Positions 41,013 to 53,141 are shown, counted from the stretch's first letter. The stretch: 64,000 bases of DNA from an uncultured Gemmatimonadales bacterium (GCA_963844035.1 CAWJMT010000009.1:32001-96000), one strand, 5' to 3'. The notes: generated by a model not told the origin, from the sequence alone. Numbers and translations are program-made.

Positions 41013-41886
41013 ATGCGCAGGATTCTGGTGCAACTCGACAGCTCCCGGCTGCCGAGCGTGTTCGACCGCGTTGTCGCGTACGATGCCGGCGCGGACGAGG
41101 TGCTGAGCTACGGCGCCGTCACGGAAAGCGATGTTCGCGATCTCGTGCACGGATGCATTTTCACCCGTGGCCCCAAGGACCTGAAGCACACCGCGGTGTT
41201 CATCGGGGGGAGGGACTTAGCGGCGGGGGAGCGCCTGCTCGCCGCCGCGCGCAAGGCGTTGTTCCCGCCCTTCACCGTCTCCTTGATGCTCGATTCCAAC
41301 GGCTCGAACACGACCGCGGTTGCCGCGGTAGCGCGACTGCTCGAGGCCGCGGGGGGCGCGCGCGGTCAGCGCGCCGTGGTGATCGCGGGGAGCGGCCCGG
41401 TCGGGGCGCGAGCTGCCGGGCTGCTCGCGAAGGCTGGGGCCGACGTGCTCATCACGTCGCGCCATGCCGATAGCGGGGAGCGGGCACGCGATGCGATCCT
41501 CCGGCGGTTCGGGGGCAGTGTGCGATCGGCCCCGGCCGGCACGCCCGACGAGATCGCACGGGCGCGTCGAGGGCGCCACGCTGCTCCTGAACGCCGGTCC
41601 CGCCGGCGTGCCGGTCGTGGGCAAGAGCGCCTGGGCCGGCCGACCCGGCCTGCGCGTCGCTGCCGACTTGAACGCCGTCCCACCCCTCGGCATCGAGGGG
41701 ATTACCGCCGCCGATGACGGGGTGACGAAGGACGGCGTGATCTGCCTGGGCGCGCTCGCGATCGGCAACGTGAAGATGAAGCTGCACAAGGCCTGTATCG
41801 GACGCCTGTTCGAGCGCAACGACCTGGTGCTGGACGCCGAAACAATTGCCGACGTCGCGCAAGAGTTGCGGACGTCCAAGGCGTAG
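41013..41886 (+). CDS. mtdB: NAD(P)-dependent methylene-H4MPT dehydrogenase, frameshift ~41565
   Basis: PSVFDRVVAYDAG, IFTRGP, DSNGSNTTA, DLNAVPPLGIEG, GALAIG; mtdA/B/C subtype not resolved. Confidence 0.85.
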
Positions 41887-41891
41887 CGGCC

Positions 41892-43043
41892 GTGACCGCG
41901 CGTCGGGTCCTGATCGCCGGCGTTTCCACGCGCGCGTTGGCCGAATCGGCCGCGCGGGCGGGATATCGGGTGCTCGCGGTGGACGGGTTCGCAGATCTGG
42001 ATCTGAGCGCCTGCGCGGACACGGTGCTTCGGGTGCGCGACGCCGCGGGGCGGTTCCAACCGCGGCTCGCCGCTCGCACGGCCCGCTCGCTCGCGACGCC
42101 CGCCGTGTGCTACGTCGCGAGCTTCGAGAACGATCCGCGCGCCGTCCGGAGCCTCGCGGCGGATCGCGCGCTGTGGGGCAACGCCCCTGCGGTGCTCACC
42201 CGCGTACGCAATCCGGAGCGCCTCGCCCAAACCCTCGAGCGCCGGGGCTTTGCGGCACCGCAGGTGCGCGCCACCCGGCCCACGCGGGCGAGCGCCACCC
42301 GCTGGCTCATGAAATCACGCGCCTCGGGGGGCGGGCACGGCGTTGTGACTTGGCGGCCTCGGCGCCGGCGCGCGGATCCCCCCGGCGTGTACTTCCAAGA
42401 GCAGATCGCGGGCATTCCGGGATCGATCGTGTTCGCGGCCGACGGGCATCGCGCGGTCGCTCTTGGGTTGTCGCGGCTGCTCGTGGGAAAACGGGCGTTC
42501 GGGGCAGCGGGATTTCGTTACTGCGGGAATATCCTGGCGGACGCGCGCCACCCGCAGTTCGCTCGCGAAGCGGGTTTGCTCGCCTGGGGCGTGGCACTGG
42601 CGGCGAGCCTCACGCAGGCGTTCGGGCTCGTGGGCGTGAACGGGATCGATTTCGTCGCCCGCGCCGGACGCCCGTACCCGCTCGAGGTCAATCCGCGATA
42701 CACCGCGTCGATGGAGCTGGTCGAGCGCGCCTACGGCCTGTCGATGTTCGACATCCACGTCCGCGCATGCGCGGGCGACCTGCCGGCGTTCGAGCTGTTC
42801 AAGGCGCGCGCAGTGGACCACGGCGCGGTGGGCAAGGCCGTGGTGTACGCACGCCACGACATGGTCGCAGGAGACACGCGGGCGTGGCTCGAGGACGACA
42901 CGGTGCGGGACATCCCGGCACCGGGCGAGCGCATTCCGCGGGGGCATCCGATCTGCACCGTGTTCGCGCGGGCGCCGGACGCGGCTGCGTGCCTGCGCGC
43001 GTTGGAGACCCGCGCCGCGGCCGTGTACCGGCGTCTGGCATGA
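41892..43043 (+). CDS. ATP-grasp protein (OrfY-like glutamate ligase, methylofuran side chain)
   Basis: STRALAESA, DGFADLD, SGGG, GIDF...LEVNPRYTAS; position in the C1 cluster. Confidence 0.8.
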   Translation: MTARRVLIAGVSTRALAESAARAGYRVLAVDGFADLDLSACADTVLRVRDAAGRFQPRLAARTARSLATPAVCYVASFENDPRAVRSLAADRALWGNAPAVLTRVRNPERLAQTLERRGFAAPQVRATRPTRASATRWLMKSRASGGGHGVVTWRPRRRRADPPGVYFQEQIAGIPGSIVFAADGHRAVALGLSRLLVGKRAFGAAGFRYCGNILADARHPQFAREAGLLAWGVALAASLTQAFGLVGVNGIDFVARAGRPYPLEVNPRYTASMELVERAYGLSMFDIHVRACAGDLPAFELFKARAVDHGAVGKAVVYARHDMVAGDTRAWLEDDTVRDIPAPGERIPRGHPICTVFARAPDAAACLRALETRAAAVYRRLA

Positions 43044-44303
43044 CGCCGGCCGCGAAGCTGGTGACGGAACACGCCACGTGTCTCGGCTGCGGTTGCGCCT
43101 GCGACGACATCTCGGTGGTCGTGCAGGGCGATGCGATCGCCGAGGCCGGCAACGCATGCGCGCTCGGCCGCTCCTGGTTTGGCGACGGCACGGTCGCGGC
43201 CGCACGTGCGCTCGCATGGCCGCGCGGTTCCCCTGGACGAAGCGGTCGCGGACGCGGCGACGCTACTCGGAGCGGCGCGCCGTCCGCTGGTTTACCTGGC
43301 GCCGGACATCACGGTCGGAATGCCAACGCGTGGCGGCCGGTATCGCCGACCGGCTGGGCGCGGTGCTCGACAGCCCGACGTCCCAGATCGCGGACGGAGT
43401 TCTCGCGGCGCAGCGGCGCGGGCAGGCGGGTGCGACGCTGGGCGAAATCCGGCAGCGGGCCGACTTCATCGTGTTCTGGGGAATCGATCCGGCGTTACGC
43501 TACCCGCGGTATTCCTCCCGCTACGCTGCCCTCCCGGCGGATGCCCAGACGCCCGAAGGACGCAGGACCCGCACGGTGGTCGCGGTCGACGTCGGTCGCT
43601 GCCCGGGGCGCTGGGGACGCGGATGAGCGCATCGCCATCTCGCCCGAGGAGGAGGTAGACGCGCTGGGCGCCATGCGAGCGGCGGTCCTGGGGCGCAGCA
43701 CGGGCGTGCCAGAGCTCGACCGCGTGGAGCAGCTCGCCCGGCGGATGGCGCAGGCGCGGTATGCGGTGATCGTGCACGACGCCGAACCGGGCGACCTGGC
43801 CGCCGATGCCGGGCGCGTAGAGGCGTTGCTCGCCCTGGCGGCGGAGCTCAACGGGCCGAGTCGATGCGCGGTGTCGTTGCTGCGGGCCGGCGGAAACCGG
43901 TCGGGGGCCGATCTCGTGCTCACGTGGCAGACCGGATTCCCGATGGCGGTGGATTTCGCGCCCGGGTACCCGTGCTATCGGCCTCGAGACGGCGCGGCCG
44001 TGTGGTTGCAGCGCGGCGAGATCGACGCTGGCCTAGTGGTGGGCGCAGCGGCCCATCTCCCGGCGGAGGTCGCACAGGGACTCGCCGCCGTGCCCGACTG
44101 TCCTGATCGGCCCTGCGGCGACGACCGCAGCGCTCAAGAGCGCGGTCGCGATCGATACCGGCGTCGCCGGAATCCACGAGGGCGGCACGGCCTTCCGCAT
44201 GGACGGCGTCCCGCTCCCGCTGCGTCCCGCCCGCGGCGTTACCCCCGCTCCTGCGGCACTCGGGATCGTGCGGGCGCTCAGCGAGCGGCTGGAGGACCGA
44301 TGA
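43040..44303 (+). CDS. fhcB: Formyltransferase/hydrolase complex subunit B, several frameshifts
   Basis: CLGCGCACDD, ATLGEIRQRADFIVFWG, GNRSGADLVLTWQTGFP, FRMDGVPL. Confidence 0.85.
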
Positions 44304-45958
44304 CCGCGCCCACGCGGCTCCGCATCGCAGGTGGGGCGGTGTACGATCCGGCGAACGGTGTGGACGGCGTGGTGCGCGATGTCTGCATTGAAAACGGGCG
44401 CGTCGTGGCCGAGCTGCCGAAGGATGCACCGCGGCTCGATGCCAGCGGCATGGTCGTGATGCCGGGCGGCGTGGACATCCACGCGCACATCGCCGGGTCG
44501 AGTGTGAGCCATGCCCGTCACCTGCTCCCCGAAGAGCACGCCGCGGATCCGGCACCGCGTCCCGCGCTCTTGGACCACGAGCCCGCCCGCTCAGGGACGG
44601 GGGGCACGGTGCCCAGCACGTTCACGACCGGCTACCGCTACGCCCAGCTCGGCTATACCACGGTGATGGAGGCGGCGATTGCGCCGGTCGCCGCGCGGCA
44701 CGCGCACGCCGAGCTCGACGACACACCGCTTGTGGACGCGGGCTTCTTCGTGCTGCTCGGCAACGACGATTACTTGCTGGAGCAGCTGGCCAAAGGCGAG
44801 CAGCGACGGGCCCGCGACTACGCCGCCTGGCTGCTCGGCGCGGCGGGCGCCTACGCCATCAAGATCGTCAACCCGGGCGGGATCGCGGCCTGGAAATCGG
44901 GGGCGCGCGAACGTCGCGGGAATCGATGACCCGGTGGGATCGAGCGCGGTGACGCCACGCAGGATTCTGGAAACACTGGCCGATGCGGCGAACGCGCTCA
45001 ACCTGCCCGCATCCGGCGCACATTCACTGCAACAATCTCGGCCAAGCCGGGAACGTCGCGACCACCCTCGATACGATGCGCGCGCTCGCGGGACGGCGGG
45101 CGCACTTTACGCACCTGCAGTTTCACAGCTACGGAGGCGAGCGCGGGGGCGCCTGGAAGTCGGGGGCGCGCGAGGTCATCGAGTACGTCAACAGTCACGC
45201 CGAGTTGAGCGTGGACGTCGGTCAGGTGATGTTCGGGCCCGCCACGACGCTCACGCGCCGACGCGCCGGTCGAGTACCACCTGCACGCACGCACCGGCCG
45301 CAAGTGGGTGAACCTGGACGTCGAGCTCGAGAGCGGTTGCGGCATCGTGCCGTACGAGTACAAGGAGAAGGCGGCGATCGCGGCGTTGCAGTGGGCGGTG
45401 GGGCTCGAGCTGTTTCTGCTCGCGCGGAATCCCTGGCAGGTGGTGCTGTCCACCGACCACCCGAATGGCGGCTCGTTTCTGGCCTACCCGGAGCTGGTGC
45501 GGCTGCTCATGAACCGCACCTACCGCGACGCGTGCCTCAAGCGGGTGAATCCGAAACTGCTCGGGGGCAGCGCGCTGCTCGACGGCCTGGCGCGCGAATA
45601 CTCGCTGTCGGAAATCGCCATCGTCACGCGCGCCGGTCCGGCGAGGCTGCTCGGCCTGCGCCACAAGGGGCACCTCGGCGTCGGGGCAGACGCGGACGTG
45701 ACTCTGTACAGCAGGCAGGACGATGCGGCCGCGATGTTCGCGGCGCCCCGCTATGTCGTCAAAGCCGGGACCGTCGTCGTACGCGACGGACAGCTGCAAC
45801 ACGCGCCCGCCGGACGGCGGCTCCACGTGCACCCGGAATACGACGCGGCCGTGACCCGGGACGTGAAGCGGCACTTCGAGCGTCACGCCACCGTCTCGTT
45901 CGAGAATTATCCCATCGGGCCCGCTCGCCGATGCCCCCGTAGGCGGAGCGTGAGATGA
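44300..45958 (+). CDS. fhcA: Formyltransferase/hydrolase complex subunit A (amidohydrolase), frameshifts
   Basis: YDPANG, PGGVDIHAH, IKIVNPGG, HIHCNNLG, THLQFHSYG, STDHPNGG. Confidence 0.92.
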
Positions 45959-46855
45959 AGATCAACGGCGTGACGATCGAAGACGCGTTCGCGGAGGCGT
46001 TCACGATGCGCGCCGCACGCATCGTGATCACGGCGAAAAACGCGAAGTGGGCGCGCGCGGCGGCCCAAAGCCTGACGGGATTCGCCACATCGGTGATCGG
46101 TTGCAAGTGCGAGGCGGGAATCGAAGGTGATGTCGCCGCCACGGACACGCCCGACGGCCGACCCGGTCTCAGCGTGCTGCTACTCACGATGGACAAGGAG
46201 AGCCTGCCGGAGCGCCTGATCGAGCGACTGGGGCAGACCGTGCTCACCTGCCCCACGACGTCCTGTTTCGACGGTCTCCCGGCCGCGCCGAGACCGGCTG
46301 GCGGTCGGGAAGGCGCTGCGGGTGTTCGGCGATGGGTTCCAAGGGAGCAAGGTGGTCGGCGGCCGCCGCTACTGGCGCGTGCCCGTGATGGAGGGTGAGT
46401 TCCTGATCGAGGAGTCGTTCGGGGCGCAGAAAGCGGTGGGGGGCGGGAATTTTCTCATCCTCGCCGAGGATGCGGACGCGGCGCTCGCGGCGGCGGAAGC
46501 GGCGGTCGCCGCCATGGACCCGCTGCCGGGCGTGATCACGCCGTTCCCGGGCGGCGTGGTGCGGAGCGGGAGCAAGGTCGGCTCGCGGCGCTACAGCGAC
46601 ATGATTGCGACCACCAACGACGCGTTCGCCCCGACCCTGCGGGCGGTCACGGATACCGCGCTCCCGGAGGGGGTGAACTGCGTCCTCGAAATCGTGCTCG
46701 ACGGCCTGGACGCGCCATCGATCGAGGCCGCGATGCGCGTTGGGATCCACGCCGCGTGCTGCCCCGGAGTGCGCAGCATCACGGCGGGGAACTACGGCGG
46801 CAAGCTCGGGCCGCACCATTTTCACCTGCGGCAGATCATGGGAACGGCAGGGTGA
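45955..46855 (+). CDS. fhcD: Formylmethanofuran:H4MPT formyltransferase, frameshift ~46290
   Basis: IEDAFAEAF, GFATSVIGC, QTVLTCPTT, FPGGVVRSGSKVGS, ITAGNYGG. Confidence 0.93.
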
Positions 46856-47618
46856 GCGACGAGGTCGTGCTGACGCTGCGCGCGCCGCTCGACCGCGCGC
46901 TCGAGGCGTCCTGCATCGCGCCGGACCGGTTCGCCGACGCTCGGCGAGCGGGAGATCGCGGCCCTCCCGATGCGCCAAGGCGGACGCGCGGCCGTGTTAG
47001 GTGATTTCTTTGCGGTGCGGGGCGCGCGCGCGGCCCGGGTCCGTGTGGCCGGGAAGCCTCGAGCAGGCGGACGGGATCGGGACGGGAATGACAGGCGGCG
47101 AGTTGGTGATCGAAGGCAATGTCGGACGGGATGTGGGGCTCGCGATGTCGGGCGGCAGCGTCGAAGTGCACGGCGACGCGGGGGTGAACGCCGGCGGCGC
47201 CCCTCCGGGGGCTGCGCGGGGGGTCACGGGTGGAGAGATCGTCGTACGCGGGTCGGTCGCCGGTGATGCAGGGGCTGGAATGCGCAGAGGGCTGGTCGTT
47301 GTGATGGGGGACGCGGGACGGGGGACGGCGCAAGGCGTGATCGCTGGCACGGTGGTCGTGTTCGGAACCATCGCAGCCGGAGCCGGCCGGTTCATGAAGC
47401 GCGGCTCCATCGTCGCGCTCCACGAGATCGCGCGGCCGGCGACGTTTCGCTACGCGTGCACCTATCGGCCGCCGCATCTGCAGCTGCTGTTTCAATACCT
47501 GCGCCGGCGCTACACGTTGCCGGTCACGGAAGCGCACGTCACCGGCCGGTATCACCGCTATTCGGGCGACCTCGCGGAGCTGGGACGAGGCGAGATTCTG
47601 CAATGGGCGGGGGAATGA
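46852..47618 (+). CDS. fhcC: Formyltransferase/hydrolase complex subunit C, frameshifts
   Basis: GXGXG beta-helix repeats, LGDFF, GMRRG, RYSGDLAELGRGEIL. Confidence 0.88.
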
Positions 47619-48584
47619 GCGGCGCAGGCGCCGGGCTCAACGCGCGGGCGTGGGCGATCGCCGACCGGCTCGCGGCCCCGGACGCGTTGCAGCGCGTCGC
47701 GGTGCGGCACGCTGGCGAACGGCGCCCGCGTGATCGATGCCGGGATCGCGGCGCAGGGTGGGCTCGGAGCCGGGCTCGCCCTCGCCGAGATCTGCATGGG
47801 CGGGCTGGGCCGCGTGAACTACCGGCCGGTGACGATCGGCGGCGAGGCGTGGGCCGGGGTGCAGGTGTGGACCGACCATCCCGGCGGTGAGCTGTATGGC
47901 CTCACAGTACGCCGGCTGGGCGATTCAGGTGGACAAGTACTTCGCGATGGGCTCCGGCCCGTTGCGGGCACACGCCCGCGTGGAAAAGGAGCTGTTCGCC
48001 AAACTCGGCTATGCCGAGCAGGCCGAGCGCGGGGTGCTGGTGCTCGAGACCCGGACTCCCCCAGGCGACGCCGAGGCGGCGTGGGTCGCGCGAAAGGCGG
48101 GGCTCGAGCCCTCGCAGCTCACCCTCGTGGCCGCGCCCACGGCGAGCATCGCCGGCACGGTGCAGATCATCGCCCGCATCCTCGAAACGGGGCTCCACAA
48201 GATGGACACGCTCGGATTCGACGTGAACAAGGTCGTCGAGCGGGATCGGCACGGCTCCGCTGCCGCCGGTCGCGAATCACGACCTGCGGGCGATCGGCCG
48301 CACGAATGACTGCATCCTGTACGGCGGGCAGGCGCGCTACACCGTGGACGCGGGCGACGCCGAGCTCGCGGCGCTCGTGCCCAACCTGCCGGCCTCGGCG
48401 TCCAAGGACTACGGCACGCCGTTCGCCGAGATCTTCGAGCGCTACGACGGCGATTTCTATCAGATCGATCCGCTGCTGTTCAGCCCGGCGGAGGTGTGGC
48501 TGACGAGCGTGAAGAGCGGCAAGACGTATCACGCGGGGCAGCGTGAACCCCGAGGTGCTGCGCACCTCGCTGTTCGCGGACTGA
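47615..48584 (+). CDS. mch: Methenyl-H4MPT cyclohydrolase, several frameshifts
   Basis: EICMGGLG, CMASQYAGW, AMGSGP, IARILETGLHK, GRTNDCILYGG, FYQIDPLLFSPA. Confidence 0.92.
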
Positions 48585-48590
48585 CGCGGC

Positions 48591-49472
48591 GTGCGGATCG
48601 CAATTCTGGCCGCGCGGGAGGGCTGGCACACCGCCGAGTTGTGCCGGGCGCTGGTGGCTCGGGCGTGCCAGCCCTCGGTGCTTGCCTACGAAGCGCTCGT
48701 CGGGCGCCTGGGCGCCGGGCCGGGATCCGGGCTGACGAGCGGCGGCGAGGATCTCGACAACGCCGCGGCGGTGCTGCCGCGCATTATTCCCGCGGGCTCG
48801 CTCGAGCAAATCATCTTCCGAATGGACGCGCTGCACCGCCTGGAGGACCGTGCCATTCCGGTGATGAACTCGCCCCGCGCGCTCGAGCGCACCGTGGACA
48901 AGTTCTGGACCACGGCACTGCTCGAGCAGGCGGGGCTTCCCGTCCCGGAGACGATCGTGTGCGAGCGCCCCGAAGACGCGGTGGCGGCGTTTCGCGAGCT
49001 GGGAGACGTGATCGTCAAGCCGCTGTTCGGCTCGATGGGACTCGGCATGGTGCGCGTGAGCGACGAGGAGATGGCGTTCCGCGTATCGCGCACGTTGGAG
49101 GCGATCCGAGGGGTATATTATCTCCAACGCGCGATCGATCATGGCGGTTGCGATGTGCGGGCGTTCGTGGTCGGCGACCGGGTGATCGGCGCGATCGAGC
49201 GGCGGGCCCCCGGCTGGCGCACCAACCTGGCCCGGGGCGGCGAGGCGCACCCCATTACCCTGAGCCCCGAATGGACGGCGCTGGCACTCCGTGCCGCCCG
49301 CGCGGTGGGGGCGGAATACGCCGGGGTGGACCTGCTCCCGGCGCAGGACGGCTCGGTGTACGTCGTCGAGGTGAACGGAATCCCGGGATGGCGCGGCCTG
49401 CAGGACGCGACGTCGGTCGACGTCGCCGGAGCGATCGTCGAGCATCTCCTCGAGCGGGTGGTGCGGCGGTGA
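48591..49472 (+). CDS. RimK-family ATP-grasp glutamate ligase (Orf5-like)
   Basis: GWHT, GSLEQIIFRMDAL, KPLFGSMG, WRTNLARG, EVNGIPGW. Confidence 0.9.
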   Translation: MRIAILAAREGWHTAELCRALVARACQPSVLAYEALVGRLGAGPGSGLTSGGEDLDNAAAVLPRIIPAGSLEQIIFRMDALHRLEDRAIPVMNSPRALERTVDKFWTTALLEQAGLPVPETIVCERPEDAVAAFRELGDVIVKPLFGSMGLGMVRVSDEEMAFRVSRTLEAIRGVYYLQRAIDHGGCDVRAFVVGDRVIGAIERRAPGWRTNLARGGEAHPITLSPEWTALALRAARAVGAEYAGVDLLPAQDGSVYVVEVNGIPGWRGLQDATSVDVAGAIVEHLLERVVRR

Positions 49473-50349
49473 GCCGACGCGAGCGATGTCGCCGCGCTGG
49501 CCCAGCTCGCGTGCCTGCTCGAGGTCAGCGCGCCGAAGCCCGGCAACGTGTCCCCGGCGGCCCCGTTCCACGACACGCGCTACGAGGACTTCCTCGCCAG
49601 CGCCGTGGCGATCGGCCCGTCGCTCGCCGCCGCGGCCGTCCAGCCCCTGGGTGTGACCATCCGGAACGCCGTCGAAGCCACGCGCCGCTGGACGCGCGAC
49701 CAACACGAACCTCGGCATCGTGCTGCTGTTCGCGCCGCTGGCCCGAGCGGCCCTGACTCGCGACGCGGGCAGCCTGCGCGACGCGGTGCGCGCGACCCTC
49801 GCCGCTACGACGGTGGCGGACGCACGCGAGGCGTATGCCGCGATCCGGCTGGCGTCCCCGGGTGGATTGGGCACCGCGCCGGAGCAGGACGTCGCCCGTT
49901 CCCCCACGGTGTCACTGCTCGAGGCGATGGCGTTGGCGCAGGGGCGCGACGCCATCGCGCGTGAATATGTGTCGGGGTTCGAGACGATCTTCGACGCCGG
50001 CGCACCGGCGCTGGACCGCGCCCGCGCTGCCGGGCTACCGTGGCGCGATGCGATCGTCCACACCTACCTCACATTGCTCGCCGGCGCCGCCGACACGCAC
50101 ATCGCGCGCAGGGCGGGCGCCGCGGCCGCCCGCGACGTGCAGCGGAGGGCGCAGGCGGTGCTCGACGCGGGAGGGATGCACCAGCCGGCCGGCCGGGAGG
50201 CGGTCGCCGAGCTGGACCGCGCCCTGCGCGACCCATGTAACACCAGAAACCCGGGCGCCACCGCCGACCTCACGGCCGCGGCGATATTCGTTACGCTGCT
50301 CGAGGGCGGCTGGTCCGAACGGACGGAGGAGCACCATGCCGGGGCGTAG
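49469..50349 (+). CDS. CitG-like triphosphoribosyl-dephospho-CoA synthase family (Orf7-like), frameshifts
   Basis: ACLLEVSAPKPGNV, NTNLGIVLLFAPL, DTHIAR, NPGATADL. Confidence 0.85.
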
Positions 50350-50846
50350 CCAATTCAAGGTGTCGCTCACGAAGGACCACATCGTGTTCGCCTCCGCGCA
50401 TTTCATCACGTTTCGCGGCCACCGCTGCGAGACACTGCACGGCCACAACTACCGGACGCGTGTGTCGGTGGAAGGCGGGCTCGATCCCGAGACCGCCTTC
50501 GTCATCGACTTCGCCGAGTTGAAGCAGCTGATGAAGCGGCTCGTGGACGAAATCGACCATCGCGTGCTGTTGCCGCTCGAGAACGCCAAGCTGCAAATCA
50601 CGGAAGAGGGCGACTCGGTGATCGGTCGCCTACGAGGGCGTGCGGCGGTACGTGTTCCCGAAGCGGGACTGCGCGCTGTTGCCGATTCCGAACACAACCG
50701 TCGAGATGCTGGCGCAATATCTCGCGGTGCGCGCGCGGCGCGAGCTGGAGCAGGCCGGCGGCGACGCGGTCGAGCTGACGTCGATCGAGGTCGAGGTGGA
50801 GGAAAACTTCGGCCAGTCGGCCACCTACCGCGAATCACTCACGTGA
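50336..50846 (+). CDS. 6-pyruvoyl-tetrahydropterin synthase family (COG0720), frameshift ~50625
   Basis: FASAHF, CETLHGHNY, IDF, DHRVLLP, NTTVEMLA. Confidence 0.88.
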
Positions 50847-51882
50847 CCGGCGTGCTCGGCTGGGACATCGGCGGCGTGAACACCAAAGTCGCGCGCGTCG
50901 CGCACGGCGAGGTCGTCGACGTGCAGGCCCGGCCGTTCGAGATTCAACGGCACCCGCATGCCTTGCGACCGCTGCTCGTAGAGCTGGGCCGTGCGGTGGG
51001 GATGCAGCCGGGCGACGTGCACGCGGTCACCATGACCGCCGAGTTGTCCCAGACCTTCCGCACCAAGCGGGAGGGCGTCGGGTTCGTCCTCGATCACGTC
51101 CTCGCCGCCTTCCCGGACGAGGCACATCGGGGTCCACACGGTGGACGGTCGCTTCATCGACGCCGCCGCCGCACGCGAGGCGCCGCTCGCGGTGGCCGCC
51201 GCGAACTGGGCGGCCACGGCGCGTCTCGTGGCGCAGGAGTGGCCCGACGGTGTGCTGATCGATGTCGGATCCACGACGACGGACATCACGCCAATCGTCG
51301 CCGGTGCCATCGCCGCCCGGGGCCGCACCGACCCCGAACGGCTGCGCGAGGGTGAGCTGGTGTACACCGGGGCGCTGCGCACGCCCGTCGAGGCGATTGC
51401 GCCGACCGTTCCGCTCTGGGGTGGGGCAGCCGGAGTCGCCGCGGATGGCTTCGCGCTGGCGGGGGACGTACACCTGTGGCGCGGGCAACTGGTCCCCGAC
51501 GACTATTCCGTCCCCACGCCCGATGGACGCCCCGCCACGCGCGAGTTCGCCGGCGGGCGTCTGGCGCGGGTCGTGTGTGCCGACCGCGAAATGCTTGACG
51601 AGAGTACCATCGATGCGATCGCCGACGGCTTGTGGGAAGCGCAGGTGGAGCGGATCGCGCGCGCGCTGGCGCGCATCGGTGGACCGCCACGCGACGCTGG
51701 CGCGCGGCATCGCCATCGTCACGGGACTCGGCGATTTCCTGGCGGCCGAAGCAGCCCGCCGGGCAGGCCTTCAGGTGACCAACCTGTCCGCACACTGGGG
51801 TCGTGGGGCGCGGCACGCTCCCGCAGCGGCCGTCGCGTTGCTGCTCGACGCCAAACTTGAGCTGGAGACCATAGCGCGATGA
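50843..51882 (+). CDS. Hydantoinase/oxoprolinase-like MfnF homolog (Orf9-like), frameshifts
   Basis: GWDIGGVNTK, VTMTAELS, AAANW, IDVGSTTTDI, ELVYTGALRTPV, RLARVVCAD. Confidence 0.85.
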
Positions 51883-52475
51883 CGGCAGGGCGGAGCGGGG
51901 TTGAGACGATTGTGAAGGTGGGCGGCGGCCTGCTGAGCCGGGCCGGTGCGTTCGAGCTCGTCACCGGGGCGTTGGCGTCGTTCGGGAAAGGGCGTCGCCT
52001 GCTGGTGATCCCGGGCGGGGGACCGTTTGCCGAGGCGGTGCGCGAGCTCGTACGGCGCGTGAAAGTCGGCGACGAGGCGGCGCATTGGATGGCAGTGTTG
52101 GGCATGGACCAGTACGCCCACGCCCTGACAGAACGGACCGCCGGCGCGGTTTTGGTCGAGCAGCTGCCCGAGGTCCACGCGGCTCTCGACGCCGGCCTAA
52201 TCCCGGTGCTCGCCCCGTACCGCTGGCTGCGTGCCGCCGATCCCCTTCCCCACTCCTGGAATGCCACGAGCGACAGCGTCGCCGCCTGGGTGGCCGGTGC
52301 GGTGAACGCCAAACGCATCGTGTTGATCAAGCCGGCCAAGGGCGAGACATCCAGGCTGGTCGACCCCCTGTTTCTCAAGACGCTGCCGCCGGGGGTCGAT
52401 TGTGTGGTGCTCACGGCGCATGAGATGGAGAAACTCGGCGAGGTTCTAGACAGGCGCGCCGCAAGCAAGGTCTGA
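51879..52475 (+). CDS. Amino-acid-kinase family MfnE homolog (Orf21-like)
   Basis: VKVGGG, PGGGPFAEAVR, AHWMAV, LPHSWNATSDS. Confidence 0.85.
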   Translation: MTAGRSGVETIVKVGGGLLSRAGAFELVTGALASFGKGRRLLVIPGGGPFAEAVRELVRRVKVGDEAAHWMAVLGMDQYAHALTERTAGAVLVEQLPEVHAALDAGLIPVLAPYRWLRAADPLPHSWNATSDSVAAWVAGAVNAKRIVLIKPAKGETSRLVDPLFLKTLPPGVDCVVLTAHEMEKLGEVLDRRAASKV

Positions 52476-53141
52476 GAGCGCGGCCGCACGGGCCACCGAG
52501 CACCCGTCCGGTGCGCCCACCGTCGCACGCGGCACCACGCACCCCAACAATGTCGGCACCGGCCTCCCGGGCCGCAGGCAGGTCCGCCCCGCGGAGGCTT
52601 CCCGCCAGAGCGACGAGCAGTCCGGCTGCGTGCGCCGTCGCTGCCCACGTTGCGACGTGGTCCTGTGGGATGAGCTCGAACAGGGTCGCGTCCTTGATGG
52701 CGGTGTCGAGCAGTACTCCGGTGGCGCCCACGGCAGCGGCGACTTCCAGGATCACGTCGGGCCGCGGTGCATGCCGACGCGGTCCCAGTCGGCATAGCCC
52801 ACCAGGATCACGTGCCCGTCCGTCCCTGCCCCGCAGGCGTCGGCAAGCTCACGGACCCGAGCGGCCGACCCGGTGCCGCGGAATCCGATTTTCACATAGG
52901 TGACGCCAGCGGCCACCGCCGCCCGGGTAGCGCGCCCGATGTGCGCGCTGTCGGTCGCATCACCCAATGCGGCGCTGACGGGCCGGTGAGCACCCACGGC
53001 CCTGCAGATCGCGCGCAGGCGCTCAGGCGCGACGGCACCGAGGGCGCCACGACGCGGCTCTTTCGCGTCGATCAGGTCGGCACCGCCCGCGAGCGCCGCA
53101 CGCGCATCACGTACATCCGCAACGCTCACCAGGAGTTGCAT
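52446..53141 (-). CDS. (5-formylfuran-3-yl)methyl phosphate synthase MfnB homolog (DUF556), frameshifts ~52755 and ~52500; 3' end approximate
   Basis: MQLLVSV, GGADLIDAKEP..GALG, SAALGD, YVKIG, LLDTAIKD, ALAGSL, VGVRGAAC. Confidence 0.85.

Noticed and set aside
41846..44929. 1027-aa ORF that looks like a giant fusion
   Set aside because: Chance read-through joining pieces of fhcB and fhcA frames with off-frame sequence, caused by frameshifts and high GC.
43040..47618. Methanogen-type formylmethanofuran dehydrogenase (CO2 fixation or methanogenesis)
   Set aside because: No Mo/W ligand Cys, no fwdD/F/G, and the BADC order with a formyltransferase matches bacterial Fhc.
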